A stretch of DNA of 64,000 bases from Octopus sinensis (GCF_006345805.1 NC_043005.1:14756001-14820000); one strand, 5' to 3'. Counted from the stretch's first letter, positions 34,405 to 47,338 are shown. Notes: a model not told the origin generated them from the sequence alone. Program-made: numbers and translations.

Positions 34405-34615
34405 AATTTTTGGCTCAAAAAGCAAAAAGCAAGGCCATGTAGGGGGACATGGAGTTATGTACAGGGTGGTGTTCATGTAAAGAGTTCAGGCCACTTGAGG
34501 TCAATGGAGACTTTGAACAAAGCGGTCGTCGGCATCCTCACCATCTCGTCTGGCAGCTTGTTCCACGGATCCGCAACCCGGACGGAGAAAGCCCCTCTCC
34601 TTCGATTGAGATGAA
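34405..34615 (-). mobile_element. CR1 LINE 3' end fragment
   Basis: RRGAFSVRVADPWNKLPDEMV...ALFKVSID, the CR1 C-terminal signature, followed by a short 3' UTR. Confidence 0.8.
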
Positions 34616-35508
34616 TATTAATAATAATGATGATAACGTTGAACTTTATTTTCTATAGAATTTAGCTTTGTTCACTCCATTCTGAGGTAAAAACTAGTTG
34701 GTAGATCCGGGGTCAGTAAAATAAGTAGCAACTATATACTACGATTATTTCAATCTTCTGTAATCTTTATAGATTTCATTACTTTGTCAAGTCAAAAATA
34801 TTTTGTCTTTGAAAAGGGATGTCTGTAATGCAAAAGTTTCATAATCTTTGGATGATTTTTGTTCTTTTTAGACCTATATTTATCTTCATTTTCTGTGTTA
34901 ATACTAAAATGATCATTTTCTTATACGTTGTACTCCTGCATTGGTGTGCAAGTTCTCTGTATTGTCAATAAGTTAGATGTCAAATTTATTTTCATGTTCT
35001 TCTCACACGACCAATTACCAATAGCTGGCTAATGTGCCTTCATAGTTTTAATTTAGAAATATGACCTTAGAAAAACATTTCAATAGAGAATCTTAGAAAA
35101 CTGGTCACTCACTTCCATAGACTGTTGGTCCTGATTGAGGACCAAGTTGTATCCTTAAATGTTGAGGGAAGATGACCCATAGTACATTACATATCAGATT
35201 ATTTGCTGTACATGGCTCAGCAGTTCAAATTTACTGCAGGAATTTTGCTGTTTCTGTACCATGTACCATGAAACCGTTCCCCAGTAAGACTAGAATGATT
35301 CTGCGGAAGGATCGCAAATAGCGTTGGTTTCAAAAGCCATAGTTGAAAAATATAGTTGGTAAATAACATTGTCTCAGTTCACTTAGCTGTCAAAAATAAG
35401 TTCCAGCTTACCTGGATGTGTTATCTGTTGATGTGAAGATTTGTCACTTAGCTTTATGATATCTTAAAAGTGTTTCTCAAACTTTTATAATTATCATCCT
35501 TTTTCATA

Positions 35509-35748
35509 TGGTGTAGTGGTTAAGAACGTGGGCTACTAACCCCAAGATTCCAAGTTCGATTCCAAGCAGTGACCTGAACAAAAACAACAATAATAATAAT
35601 AATATCATCGAAAAAATACCTTAGTTATGAGAACCCAGGTTCAAAATTTTCGCAAGACACCCGAAGAAGGCTGGAGGGTATATCAGCCAAAATGTTGTGT
35701 TAACAACAAACAAGATGAGGACAAATATCCGTCAAATGTAAATAATCC
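35509..35748 (+). mobile_element. tRNA-headed element with a decayed hammerhead-like 3' part
   Basis: A-box tggtgtagtggttaag, B-box gttcgattcc 35554-35563, (AAT)n linker, then acac-CCGAAGA-a-ggctg/cagcc-AAAA-tgtt-gtgt at 35657-35700. Confidence 0.7.
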
Positions 35749-36399
35749 TTTTACTTTTATCAAGACTTCATCAATGTCCTTCCCCCAGTCTGGAGTTCTA
35801 GTTTGATATGGGTGACCATCTTGCTATAAGCATAAGACAGTATATTTTTGTTTTTGGATTTGGTTTGCAATATTCTTCATATGAGTTCTTGTGTTGAAGC
35901 ATATTCTATTGTGTCTGGGGAGAGACATATTCTTTTTGTGTCTTATTATGTAACACACACTCACCGGTAAAATTTCCACGTTTTTCTTATTTTTATTGTC
36001 CTAAAATTTTCGTTGCGTCTTGCAAACTTTTCAAAAAGCACAAAAAGAAAATGGCTCTCCCCAGACACAATAGAATATTTTTGGTTTTGTTTATTTGCTT
36101 ATTCACAAATGACTAATTTGTAATATGACATTCAAATTATTTCAATAGACAAAAACTAAAAAGAACTGTATGTCACATTTCCACCCCTCCCTTTATCCTC
36201 AGTACCCAATATCAAATTTTTTACTGCTTCTTCCTCCATATGGTGTGCATTTTGAGATAACTGTGGTAAAACTATCTCCTATCATTTTGCTAGTAATAGT
36301 AGCCAGATCTTGAAATCACACTATCATATTCAATAGAAAATGTTGGGTAATGTAATCTTAGCTACACTCTCAAAAGATGGGATAGTCATATCTGGAATG

Positions 36400-36810
36400 A
36401 TGTCATCTTTCCAGGAGAAAAGCAACCATCTTCGTTTTCATCAGGATAATGCTCAGCCACATACGAGGATGATGTTCCAAAGACTGGAGCAGTTTGAATG
36501 GGAAACAATGCCCCACCCACCATATTTGTTGGACATTGCCTCATCTGATTATCATTCATTCTGCAGTCTTCAAAATCATTTGGACGGAAAAAATATGAAT
36601 TCTGTTGATAAGGTCAGAGCAGTACTGGAGAAGTAGTTTTCATCATGGACAAGTGGACTTTGAAAGAGGGGCCTTGCAAGTTTACCAGATAGTTGGAAGA
36701 GCATTGTAGAAATTGAAGGAGAGTATAATTTAGATTAAAAAAGAACTTTATCTTAATTTTGAAAAATAAAAGAAGTATAAAAATAAAAAACACATTATTT
36801 ATGGGTCAGC
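36400..36810 (+). mobile_element. Mariner transposase C-terminal relic
   Basis: FHQDNAQPH, PHPPYLLDIASSDY (DD34D), right TIR remnant. Confidence 0.88.
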
Positions 36811-37689
36811 TTAGCAATCATTGCTAGGCTGACCTGGAGCTCAACTAAAATCCCCTAAGAGTTTAAAAGGTCATTTAGATTTACAATTTCATTGATTGTC
36901 TGTTTATGATCTTTTACATATCTTTTTATAAAACACTTCTCTTGTGTTCTCATACTGGTGGCTATTTTACATCTAAGCATCCCAGTAGCCATGACAACTG
37001 GACAATTTTATACAAAGAAATATGAGGTTTGAAAAACGCACATTGCTCTCATTTATCTGGGCATTAACATTTATAAGACAACTAAATTGATTTATAAACT
37101 CACCTTGCTTGACTGAAGGCTGTTGATTTCACAGTAACTGGAAGAAGTCCATCGTGTGTTTATATACTTGTCATGTCATTGTGGACTAATTGTAGATAAA
37201 TTTCAGTCCTACAATTGGTGGTGGTCATTTGTAGTTTTTCATGAAAAACAGGTTGGTTAAAGCCATTTTCGTGATTAGTGAACTCTAGAGTTCTCAGCTG
37301 GGAAACAGTTGAGAATTTTCAACAAGAGGAGCAGTCGACCATAGAAAGTCTGTTTCAATGAATTTTGTCTGACCCATTCAAGCATAGAAAAGTAGACAAT
37401 AAAAATGATGATGCAATTGTTGTTGAATTTATTTTGCATTAATTCTGATTTGAAACTGATTTTCTACTTTGGGTGAGTCATATTGCCAATGAACACAAAC
37501 TCTGGTTGTAGTTCTCTTCAGTTAGCCTTAAATTATATATATCTATATAAAGGCACAGGTATGGCTGCTTGTTTAAGAAGTTCACTCAAAACCATATAGT
37601 TTTGGGTTCTTTCCCTCTTGAGCAGGCATATTCTATTGGGTCATCCTATAAATAATGTGTTTTTATTTTTGTACTTTTTTCAAAATTAA

Positions 37690-38050
37690 GATAAACAAAG
37701 TTCTTTTTTAATCTAAATTATACTCCTTCAATTTCTACAATGCTCTTTCAAGTATCTGGTAAACTTGCAAGGCCCCTCTTTCAAAATTCACTTGTCCATG
37801 ATGAAAACTACTTCTCCAGTACTGCTCTTACCTTATCTACAGAATTCATATTTTTTCTGTCCAAATGATTTTGAAGACTGGAATGAATGATAATCAGATG
37901 AGGCAATGTCCAACAAATATGGTGGGTGGGGCATTGTTTCCCATTCAAACTGCTCCAGTCTTTGGAATATCATCCTCGTTGTATGTGGCCAAGCATTATC
38001 CTAATGGGAGAATTCCTTTCATCTTGAAAACAAAGACGGTTGCTTTTCTT
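37690..38050 (-). mobile_element. Mariner relic homologous to 36400-36810
   Basis: Reverse complement shares gaatgggaaacaatgccccacccaccatattt...attgcctcatctgattatcattcatt. Confidence 0.8.
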
Positions 38051-38114
38051 CTAGCACTGACCTAAGCCACTCAAGCTGCTTACTGTAGATCTTTATCATT
38101 TGGTTTGGGTTTAA

Positions 38115-38335
38115 CCCTTTAGCAATTAAACCGGCCATATCCGGCCAAAAGTATTCTGCCTGTGCTATGTTCAAACTGGCCAGATCTGGTTTTTCACACC
38201 AACCCTACAATATCGTTTTAAAAATTAACAGCTACCTCATCAAAATCTCATAGCTACAAGATAATGCATGATTAGTTCAAAACAGTGTGGATAAAAAAGC
38301 ATTAGTTTTGGCAAAATAATGCGAACACTAAAGGG
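38115..38335. mobile_element. piggyBac-type MITE
   Basis: TTAA|CCCTTTAG...CTAAAGGG|TTAA. Confidence 0.85.
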
Positions 38336-38589
38336 TTAAAAGTTCAAAGTGGACTAAACCCTTTCTGTCTCACCAGATAACAACACCTTATGTGGGTGAA
38401 GACCTTCTTTAGCCCGGGGTGCCAGTGTTTCTCCTTTCCCTACCTGCTGTCTTTGGCACTTGACATTTTTATAGAGAACCCATTTCTTGTCACCAAGTCA
38501 CTATTCAGTCCAAAAAAGGTTCATTTGTTAGACATGACAGCAAAGAAGAGCACACATTCACTCCCTGTACACAATTACACTTGGAAAGT

Positions 38590-39080
38590 TTGTAAGGAAC
38601 CCGTTGACCGAGTTTGTTGACTTTTCCGATGGCACGCAGATGTCAATGAATGGTTGAATGACCAAATCCAAGCTTCTCTGCTAGTTCCTCAACAGTTACG
38701 ATGGGATTTTGTCCCACCAGGGTTTGCAGGACGTCCTCATTGAGCTCCACAGATTTTCCAGGATGAGGCTTGTTTTCTAGGTTGTAGTTTCCAGTTTGGA
38801 ATTTGTGGAACCACTGTTGACACTGGCTTGCGCTTATTATCCGATCCCCATACACTGCATTAATATTTCTCACACATTCTGTTGCGTTGTTGCCTTTATT
38901 GAACTCATAAAACCAAAATATGCTGAATATGCTCCTTTGTCACTTCCATTATAGCTTTGAAAAAAAAAAAAACTATTAAAATCGAACTGCACTCTTCAAA
39001 ATTTGCACTAAGAATAAGTACAAGGTAAAATTCCTACCTGCTTTTATAGCAAGTTGATACAGGTAGTTTATCCTGTCCCC
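38590..39080 (-). mobile_element. Mariner N-terminal (HTH) relic with left TIR
   Basis: INAVYG...QCQQWFHKFQTGNYNLENKPHPGK...TVEELAEKLGFGHSTI; related remnant at ~55775-56070. Confidence 0.85.
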
Positions 39081-40044
39081 CTCTGACATTTAGTGTATGC
39101 AAATGTAAAAAATCCACATTATTTATGGTATGACCCAATGCAGAGACCAAACAGAACTCAGAGACTGGTGTTGGTCTGTATTGGCAAAACTTGTATTAAC
39201 TAGTGAGATTGACAAAAAGAGTTCTGTGAGCTTGACATAGGGAGTGGAAAATTCTAATGTGTCAGATAGTCCTTCTTCAGGGAAAACATGATAGGAAAGA
39301 AATAAAGCGAAACAGCCGAGTTTTATATTCTCTTCTACTCTAGCAGCCTTGAGTTGACCACTGCTTTCTGAGTGAAATTTATCAAAAGCTGCATGGAAGC
39401 CTCTGAGTATGTACCTGAGTATTTGCCTTGTGTCTTTGCATTGACATTAAGGGATGGAGTGTTATATTTACTTGTTAATGTATGAAGACACATCAACAGT
39501 TGAATAAAAATATCTTACTTCATCATCATCATCATCCAGTGCTTTAAATTCAGGTTTTGTCCCCGTTAACGGGGGTGGCTGGATCTACCTCATTGCCATA
39601 GCAACCGAGGTAGGTATGTGCAGTCCATCCCAACCTTTGAGGCTGGCTGGTGCCCATTCTCCTTTGCTAATGTGAGGCTTTTTGGAGCTGGAATTTCTAC
39701 AGGGTGCATGCCCTTGCTTACCCCCAACTTCAGTTTCTAGACACAAGTGGCCCAGAGACCAAGGCCTCTACCACGATTTTTAAGAAATGTGGTGGAACAG
39801 TAGCTCAGGAAGGCATGGATGCTACTCTCTGAGACCCCTTTCACAGCCCGTCCTACCTCCTTGAAAAATGGATATGGGCTAGCTACAAGAAGGGCATCAG
39901 ATCATAGAATACTGCTGCAATAAATCTTAACCCATGCCAGCAAGGGAAATGTGGATGTAATGATCATGATGTTGATTAGATTGATGAATAAACAAACATT
40001 GAAAACTAATTCAATGTAATAATAGATAGATCTCCTCATCATAG

Positions 40045-40398
40045 GCTCAGGAATGGCTGTGTGCTAAGTAGCTTGCTTACCAACCACATGGTTCTGGGTT
40101 CAATCCACTGCATGGCACCTTGGGCAAGTGTCTTCTACTATAGCTTCAGGCTGACCAAAGCCTTGTGAGTGGATTTGATAGACGGAAACTGAAAGAATCC
40201 CGTCGTATATATGTATGTGTGTGTGTGTGTGTGTGTGAGCTTGACAACTGATGTTGGTGTGTTTATAACCCGTAACTTAGCAGTTCGACAAAAGACATAG
40301 TATAAGTACTAGGCTTACAAAAAATAAGTCCTGGGTATGATTTCAACTAAAGGTGGTGCTCCAGCATGGCTGCAGCCAAATGTCTAAAACAAATAATA
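40045..40398 (+). mobile_element. CORE-like tRNA SINE
   Basis: Same family as 8611-9003. Confidence 0.85.
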
Positions 40399-40597
40399 AA
40401 AAAAAATCATTTAATGTCCATTTTCCATGCTGGTATAGTTGGACAAATTTGTAAGTATTTTGTATTGAATGAAAGATTTGCTAAGCTCCTGGTCAGCCTT
40501 GAATGAGTAAATTTATGATCCAAAACATTCTGGTAGTGACCATTACATCTGCTTATATATCAGTAACTACATTTTTTAATGTATCATTGTTTTTAGA

Positions 40598-40963
40598 TAC
40601 TCTTTTACTTGTTTCAGTCAATTGACTGCGGCCATGCTGGAGCACTGCCTTTAATCGAGCAACTCGACACCGGGACTTGTTCTTTTGTAAGCCCAGTACT
40701 TATTCTATTGGTCTCTTTTGCCGAACTGCTAAGTAACGGGGACATAAACACACCATGCAATGCTAGGGGGACAAACACACACGCATATATATATATATGT
40801 ACATATATACGATAGGCTTCTTTCAGTTTCCGTCACCAAATCCACTCACAAGGCTTTGGTCGGCCAAGGCTATAGCAGAAGACACTTGCCCAAGGGCCAC
40901 GCAGTGGGACTGAACCCGGAACCATGTGGTTGGTAAACAAGCTACTTACCACACAGCCACTCT
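40598..40963 (-). mobile_element. CORE-like tRNA SINE
   Basis: Same family, minus strand. Confidence 0.85.
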
Positions 40964-41230
40964 TGATGGTTGTGATTTGCAGGATATTTGGCTGTTTTTT
41001 TTAACAAGTCTAATGAACATGTAAAGATTTCAATACTTGTGTTTCAAGATGCTTTGCTCTCCATGAATCAGTCTTCCTAGCTGTAAACATATCCCATGAG
41101 GTGAAGCACCATATAATTAACAGGTATTTTCTCATTTGCATGGTTTGCAATGATGAGTTTAGTTGCAGCTATGGGAGAAAACTCACAACAAAAGACTGGT
41201 ATTATATCAGTGTGTATGTGTGTCTCTCTT

Positions 41231-41630
41231 TACTCTTTTACTTGTTTCAGTCATTTGACTGTGGCCATGCTGGAGCACCGCCTTTAATCGAGCAACTCGA
41301 CCCCGGGACTTATTCTTTTGTAAGCCCAGTACTTATTCTATCAGTCTCTTTTGCCAAACCGCTAAGTAACGGGGACATAAACACACCAGCATCGGTTGTC
41401 AAGCAACGCTAGGCAGACAAACACAGACACACAAACACACACACGCATATATATATATACATATATACGACGGGCTTCTTTCAGTTTCTGTCTACCAAAT
41501 CCACTCACAAGGCTTTGGTCGGCCCGAGGCTATAGTAGAAGACACTTGCCCAAGGTGCCACGCAGGGGGACTGAACCCGGAGCCATGTGGTTGGTAAACA
41601 AGCTACTTACCACACAGCCACTCCTGCACC
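41231..41630 (-). mobile_element. CORE-like tRNA SINE
   Basis: Same family, near-complete copy. Confidence 0.88.
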
Positions 41631-41991
41631 TATGTCTCAGGGCATTATTACTATAGAAATTTGAATTAAGTATCAATTCTTGTGGTTCAGAGAAGATTAA
41701 GTGGTTTTCTAAGTTTTTTACGCTTTCCTTTTAGTTTCGGTGAAATACGTAACAAAGTGCTTAAGCACAATACAATGTTTCACATCTTAGACTGTGGTTT
41801 TATTTTCTACAAGATAGAGATGTTGAGTCAAGTGTTTCCTTCCTCTCTCTTACTCCCTTTATAATATAGAACCAACGGAAACTGAATGCTTATCTCACAA
41901 CTTGAGTTTCACACCTCTGTCTGTCAGCTCTTGCTCGAACTTTATGATGGCATATTACATGAGTTACAGGATAAACACTCAGTTTCTTTTT

Positions 41992-42570
41992 TCTTATTTC
42001 TTTATTGCCCACAAGAGGCTAAACATAGAGGGGACAAACAAAGACAGACAAAGGGATTAAGTCGATTACATCGATCCCCAGTGCGTAACTGGTACTTAAT
42101 TTATCGAGGATGAAAGCCAAGTCGACCTCGGCGGAATTTGAACTCAGAACATAACGGCAGACGAAATACCTATTTCTTTACTACCCACAAGGGGCTAAAC
42201 ACAGGAGACAAACAAGGACAGACAGACGGATTAAGTCGATTACATCGATCCCCAGTGCGTAACTGGTACTTATTTATCGACCCCGAAAGGATGAAAGGCA
42301 AAGTCGACATCGGCGGAATTTGAACTCAGAACGTAGCAGCAGACGAAATACCTATTTCTTCACTACCCACAAGGGCTAAACACAGGAGACAAACAAGGAC
42401 AGACAGACGGATTAAGCCGATTACATCGACCGCCCCCCCCCCCCCCAGTGCGTAACTGGTACTTAATTTATCGACCCCGAAAGGATGAAAGGCAAAGTCG
42501 GTAGCGGCAGAATGAAATACGGCTACGCATTTCGCCCGGCGTGCTAACGTTTCTCCCAGCTCGCCGCCTT
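41992..42570 (-). mobile_element. Trimeric array of Deu/Nin-like SINE units
   Basis: Three ~180-220-bp units with the repeated junction gacgaaatacc|tatttctt. Confidence 0.88.
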
Positions 42571-42869
42571 TCAGTTTCTATCAACCATCTGCTCTCTCTA
42601 CAATTTGCACAATGCACCCCACTCTCATTTGTTTAACAATTCAACAGATGCACAGAATTTGAATTATGCTCACATTCATACATTCAAATGTTGCAGTTTG
42701 TAAATGAAAGAGGGAGAGAGCACTCGGTATATAGTGTGGAGAGTATTGGTTATTTAATGAATTTACATTTTTTTTACCTGATTTCCATACCACGGTAATT
42801 ATATATACATACACAACACCATGTCATCTTACTTTCACCCACTCCTCTCTCTTCTATTATTATCGAAAT

Positions 42870-43207
42870 CGATCAACATCTATGGAAATTGCAGCTGTGA
42901 TACCAGTGCCAGTGGCACGTAAGTGAACCATCCGAACGTGGCCGTTGCCAACCTTGCCGGTGACAACGTAAAAAGCACCATCCGACCATGGCCGTTTGCC
43001 AGCCCCGTCTGGCACCTGTGCCGGTGGCACGTAAAAAGCACCCACTACACTCACAGAGTGGTTGGCGTTAGGAAGGGCATCCAGCCGTAGAAACATTGCC
43101 AGATCAGACTGGGCCTGATGCAGCCTTCTGGCTTCCCAGACCCCAGTTGAACCGTCCATCCCATGCTAGCATGGAAAGCGGCCGTTAAACGATGATGATG
43201 ATGATGA
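42870..43207 (+). mobile_element. RTE 3' UTR copy
   Basis: Unit repeats, core, (GAT)n tail. Confidence 0.88.
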
Positions 43208-43427
43208 TTATTATTATTATCACTATTCTGCTGCTCTTCATCTAACCCTATCCCTTTTTCTATACTGTCAATCATCTCTTCTCTCTTTTAACTCCTGTAT
43301 GATTGGTCACCCTTTAACCTCATCCAATTTTTACAGTTGATGACAGGAAAGGCATCTGGTCATAGAAAATGTGCATCAATGAACTCTGTCTGACTCATGC
43401 TAGCATAGAAAAATGGTTGTTAAAATC

Positions 43428-43925
43428 ACCATCATCATCATCATCATTTAGCGTCCGCCCTCCATGCTAGCATGGGTTGGACGGTTCAACTGGGGTCTGT
43501 GAAGCCAGAAGGCTGCATCAGGCCCAGTTTGATCTGGCAGTGTTTCTACAGCTGGATGCCCTTCCTAATGCCAACCACTCCGCGAGTGTAGTGGTGTTTT
43601 TTTACGTGCCATCCGCACAGGTGCCAGACGGTGCTGGCAAATGGCTACGAATGGATGGTGCTTTTATGTGCCACAGGCACGGGGGCGAGGCGAGGCTGGC
43701 AACGGACATGAACGGATGGTGCTTTTACATGCCACCGGCACGGAGGCCAGTCGGGGCGGCGCTGGCAATGGCCACGAACGGATGGTGCTTTTTACGTGTC
43801 ACCGGCACGGAGGCCAGTCGGGGCGGCGCTGGCAACAGCCACAATCGGATGGTTCGCTTACTTGTCACCGGCACTGGTATCACAGCCGCAATTTCCATTG
43901 ATGTTGATCGACTTCGATTTTGGTT
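43428..43925 (-). mobile_element. RTE 3' UTR copy with about four internal units
   Basis: Inverted relative to 42870-43207. Confidence 0.88.
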
Positions 43926-44154
43926 CTGATATGATAAAAATGATGATGATAAATTTGTTTTATAAAGTAAAACTGTATTTACTGTCTTTTCTGCAATTTT
44001 CTTGATGTATATCAAGTTCAACATAGAATCTATACATTTCTAATAGCATACATATGTGTGCAGTATTAACTTGGACGATCAGCTAAAACAGATATATTTC
44101 TTCCTGTTTGTATGGTCTAATGAAGATTTACTGTTTGTAAAATGCTCTCTCTCT

Positions 44155-44535
44155 CTTTTACTCTTTTACTTGTTTCTGTCATGTGACTGTGGCCATGCTG
44201 GAGCACTGCCTTTGGTCGAGCAAATCGACCCCAGGACTTATTCTTTGGAAGCCTAGTACTTATTCTATCGGTCTCTTTTGCCGAACTGCTAAGTTACGGG
44301 ATGTGAACACACCACCATCGGTTGTCAAGCGATGTTGGGGGGGACAAACACAAACACATATATATACATATATATGACAAGCTTCTTTCAGTTTCCGTCT
44401 ACCAGATCCACTCACAAGGCTTTGGTTGGTCCGAGGCTATAGTAGAAGACACTTGCCCAAGGTGCCACACAGTGGGACTGAACCAGGAGCCATGTGGTTG
44501 GTAAGCAAGCTACTTACCACACAGCCACTCCTACG
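44155..44535 (-). mobile_element. CORE-like tRNA SINE
   Basis: Same family. Confidence 0.85.
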
Positions 44536-45180
44536 CAGCCACTCTTAACCCTATGCTGTTTGCATAAAAAAAACCATGTTTTGATTGGATACATTACATT
44601 GGTCTAAACCACTTCAGTGTAATAATATTGGTCTGAGAAACCTTTTTGTAAATTTAATATTGAGTGGTGGTCAGTAGTAGTAGTGGTGGTGATCGTAATT
44701 GATATGGTGATAGAGTTGAGGGCAGTTAATAGTTGTAGTCATGATTGAAAGAGGAATGACAACTATAATGTATATAAATCAAACTACTTAAACTTGTGTT
44801 AATTGTACATTATCTTACTTCACACCCAGAGATCAAACAGATCAATGGTCAGAATGCATGTGTGTGTTTGTGCATGCACACACAAGCTAATTAAGGGTTG
44901 TGTCAACAGAGGTTGTCGTTAGCTTGCTCCAGGACATTCTTGATTCTGCAGGTTTATGGTCAACATGTTCCGGTCATGGCCATTCAATCATTTTTAAAAT
45001 ATTTAAAACTTAAAAAAAAAAAAAAATCTCTTATTCTACAAATCTTTGAAATTGCAAACCAAACACACCTCATGATTTGCTGATGGGAAATGATGATGAA
45101 TTTCACCATTTGTTGCTCGGCTGTTTTTCATAAAAAATGCCCTGAATTCTAACAGTTACATAGGCACATACATATGCACA

Positions 45181-45398
45181 CAGGAGGAGGTGCTGAAAAG
45201 TTTCAAACTTTAAGGGTATCACTGAAGGCCTGGTTGGAAGCCTAAATTTCCAAGTTCTTTTACAGGGCTTAAAAAAAACTGAAGAGCCACTTCAATAAGT
45301 GTGAATTTGAGAGAGGAATATGTTGAATAAAATCATAATTAACTGATACTCCTGTATTTTCTTTTACTCAAAGCCAGGAGCTTTCCAGTACTCCTTTG
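45181..45398 (+). mobile_element. Mariner-derived MITE
   Basis: Imperfect TIRs ggaggtgctgaaaagtt...aagccaggagctttccagtactcc followed by TA; internal piece resembles a mariner C-terminus. Confidence 0.6.
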
Positions 45399-45654
45399 TA
45401 TAATGAGCTTTGTACAGTTCCTGTCCACCAAATTCACTGAGAAAGCAGCATTTTCTTTGAAGCTACAATAGAGGACATCTACCCTAGCTGTTATGCAGTA
45501 GGACAAAGCTGAAAACCATAGGGTTAAGAAGCAAATTTATGACACAAGCTATACACAGTCATCAATCTGTTATAAACTCTGTCTTGTGAATTGTTATATA
45601 ATACAATACAATATCATGCTTTCTTACATGCTTTTGTGTAAAGCTCTGACATTC

Positions 45655-45940
45655 CTTCTTGAGCCACGCCTGGCTCATAAGGGCCGGTTTCCTTGGCGTA
45701 TAGGTTCCCCACCTGGACGGAGGCCGGTCCGTCATAGGTGAGCTGCAAGATGCAGGAGGAAAGAGTGAGAGAAAGTTGTGGCGAAAGAGTCAACTGAAGT
45801 TCGCCATTTCCTTCTGCCGGAGCTGCGTGGAGCTTAGGTGTTTTCGCTCATAAACATACACATTACCTGGTCTGAGATTCAAACTTGCGACCTCTCGACC
45901 GCGAGTCTGCTGCTCTAACCACTAGGCCATGTGCCTCCAC
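45655..45940 (-). mobile_element. tRNA SINE sharing its head with 21492 but with a Meta/V-like 3' body
   Basis: Reverse complement gtggaggcacatggcctagtggttagagc...; body gacggaccggcctccgtccaggtgggga...gaaaccggccc; related fragment at 63945-64000. Confidence 0.8.
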
Positions 45941-46344
45941 TGACATGACAGGGAGAGGGAGAGAAAGTAAAACAGAAAATTGTAAGAAATGAGGGGGTTG
46001 AGTTTAAGCATTCAAGAGGAAAACGATAAAAGTGATATGGGAGGTTTAAACTGGAAAGAGTGATAGGAAGAATATCAAGATGTTGCACTGTGTTTGAAGT
46101 ATTCTTGAATTGTATCTTGGTGTATAAGATAGTTATTTTGCAACAAGAATGGGAAAATCTTCTGTATATTTTTATATATGTCACAATATGTGTGAATGCA
46201 AATACATACGTAAGGGCCAAGTGTGAGTCAAGGAGTTACTGAAGACAGTCACGTCAAGTATGTTTGTAAATATATAATTGTTGCAGTTATAATAATGTTA
46301 ATAAATTATAGTATTTATATATCTTTTTATTCATTTAATCTTTT

Positions 46345-46775
46345 ACACCATCCGAGCGTGATCGTTGTCAGAACAGTTAACTGGCTTCCATGCCGGTGGC
46401 ATGTAAAAAGCACCATTCAAATGTGATCGTTACCAGCATCGCCTTACTGGCAGTACTTGTGCCAGTGACACGTGAAAAAACATTCGAGCGAGGTTGTTGC
46501 CAGTGCCGCTGGACTGGCTCCTGTGCAGGCGGCACGTAAAAAACACCATTTGAGCATGGCCGTTGCTAGTACTGCCTGACTGGCCCTCGTGCCAGTGGCA
46601 CATAAAAGCACCCACTACACTCTCGGAGTGGTTGGTGTTAGGAAGAGCATCCAGCTGTAGAAACTCTGCCAGATCAGATTGGAGCCTGGTGCAGCCATCT
46701 GGTTCACCAGTCCTCAGTCAAATCTTCCAACCCATGCTACTAGCATGGAAAGCGGACATTAAACGATGATGACGA
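46345..46775 (+). mobile_element. RTE 3' UTR copy
   Basis: Unit repeats, core, tail. Confidence 0.85.
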
Positions 46776-47000
46776 TGGCTATGGGGTGGCAGTGATGCTG
46801 GGGCACTGCCTTCAAGAGTTTGGTCAAGCATATCAATCTTATTATTTTAAAGTTTGGTGCTTTATCAATTTGTATTTGTTGAACCACAATGTTACTATTG
46901 ATAATACTGGTTTTAAGCAGCATAAATGTAATCACTCTTTCTAACTCTCTCTCTCTACACACACAACCACACACACACACACTGATCTTCCATACTGCCC

Positions 47001-47338
47001 CTCTTTTACTTGTTTTCAGTCATTTGACTGTGGCCATGCTGGAGCACCACCTTTAGTCAAGCAAATCGCCCCAGGGCTTGTTCTTTGTAAGCCTAGTACT
47101 TATTCTATCGGTCTCTTTTGCTGAACACTAAGTTATGGGGACGTAAACACACCAGCATCGGTTGTCAAGCGATGTTGGGGGGACAAACACAGACACAATT
47201 TCCATCTACCAAATTCACTCAGGGCTTTGGTCGGCCCAGGCTATAGTAGAAGACACTTGCCCAAGTGTCACGCAGTGGGACTGAACCCGGAACCATGTGG
47301 TTAGTAAGCAAGCTACTTACCACAGAGCCACTCCTACG
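47001..47338 (-). mobile_element. CORE-like tRNA SINE with many 1-nt deletions
   Basis: Same family. Confidence 0.8.
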
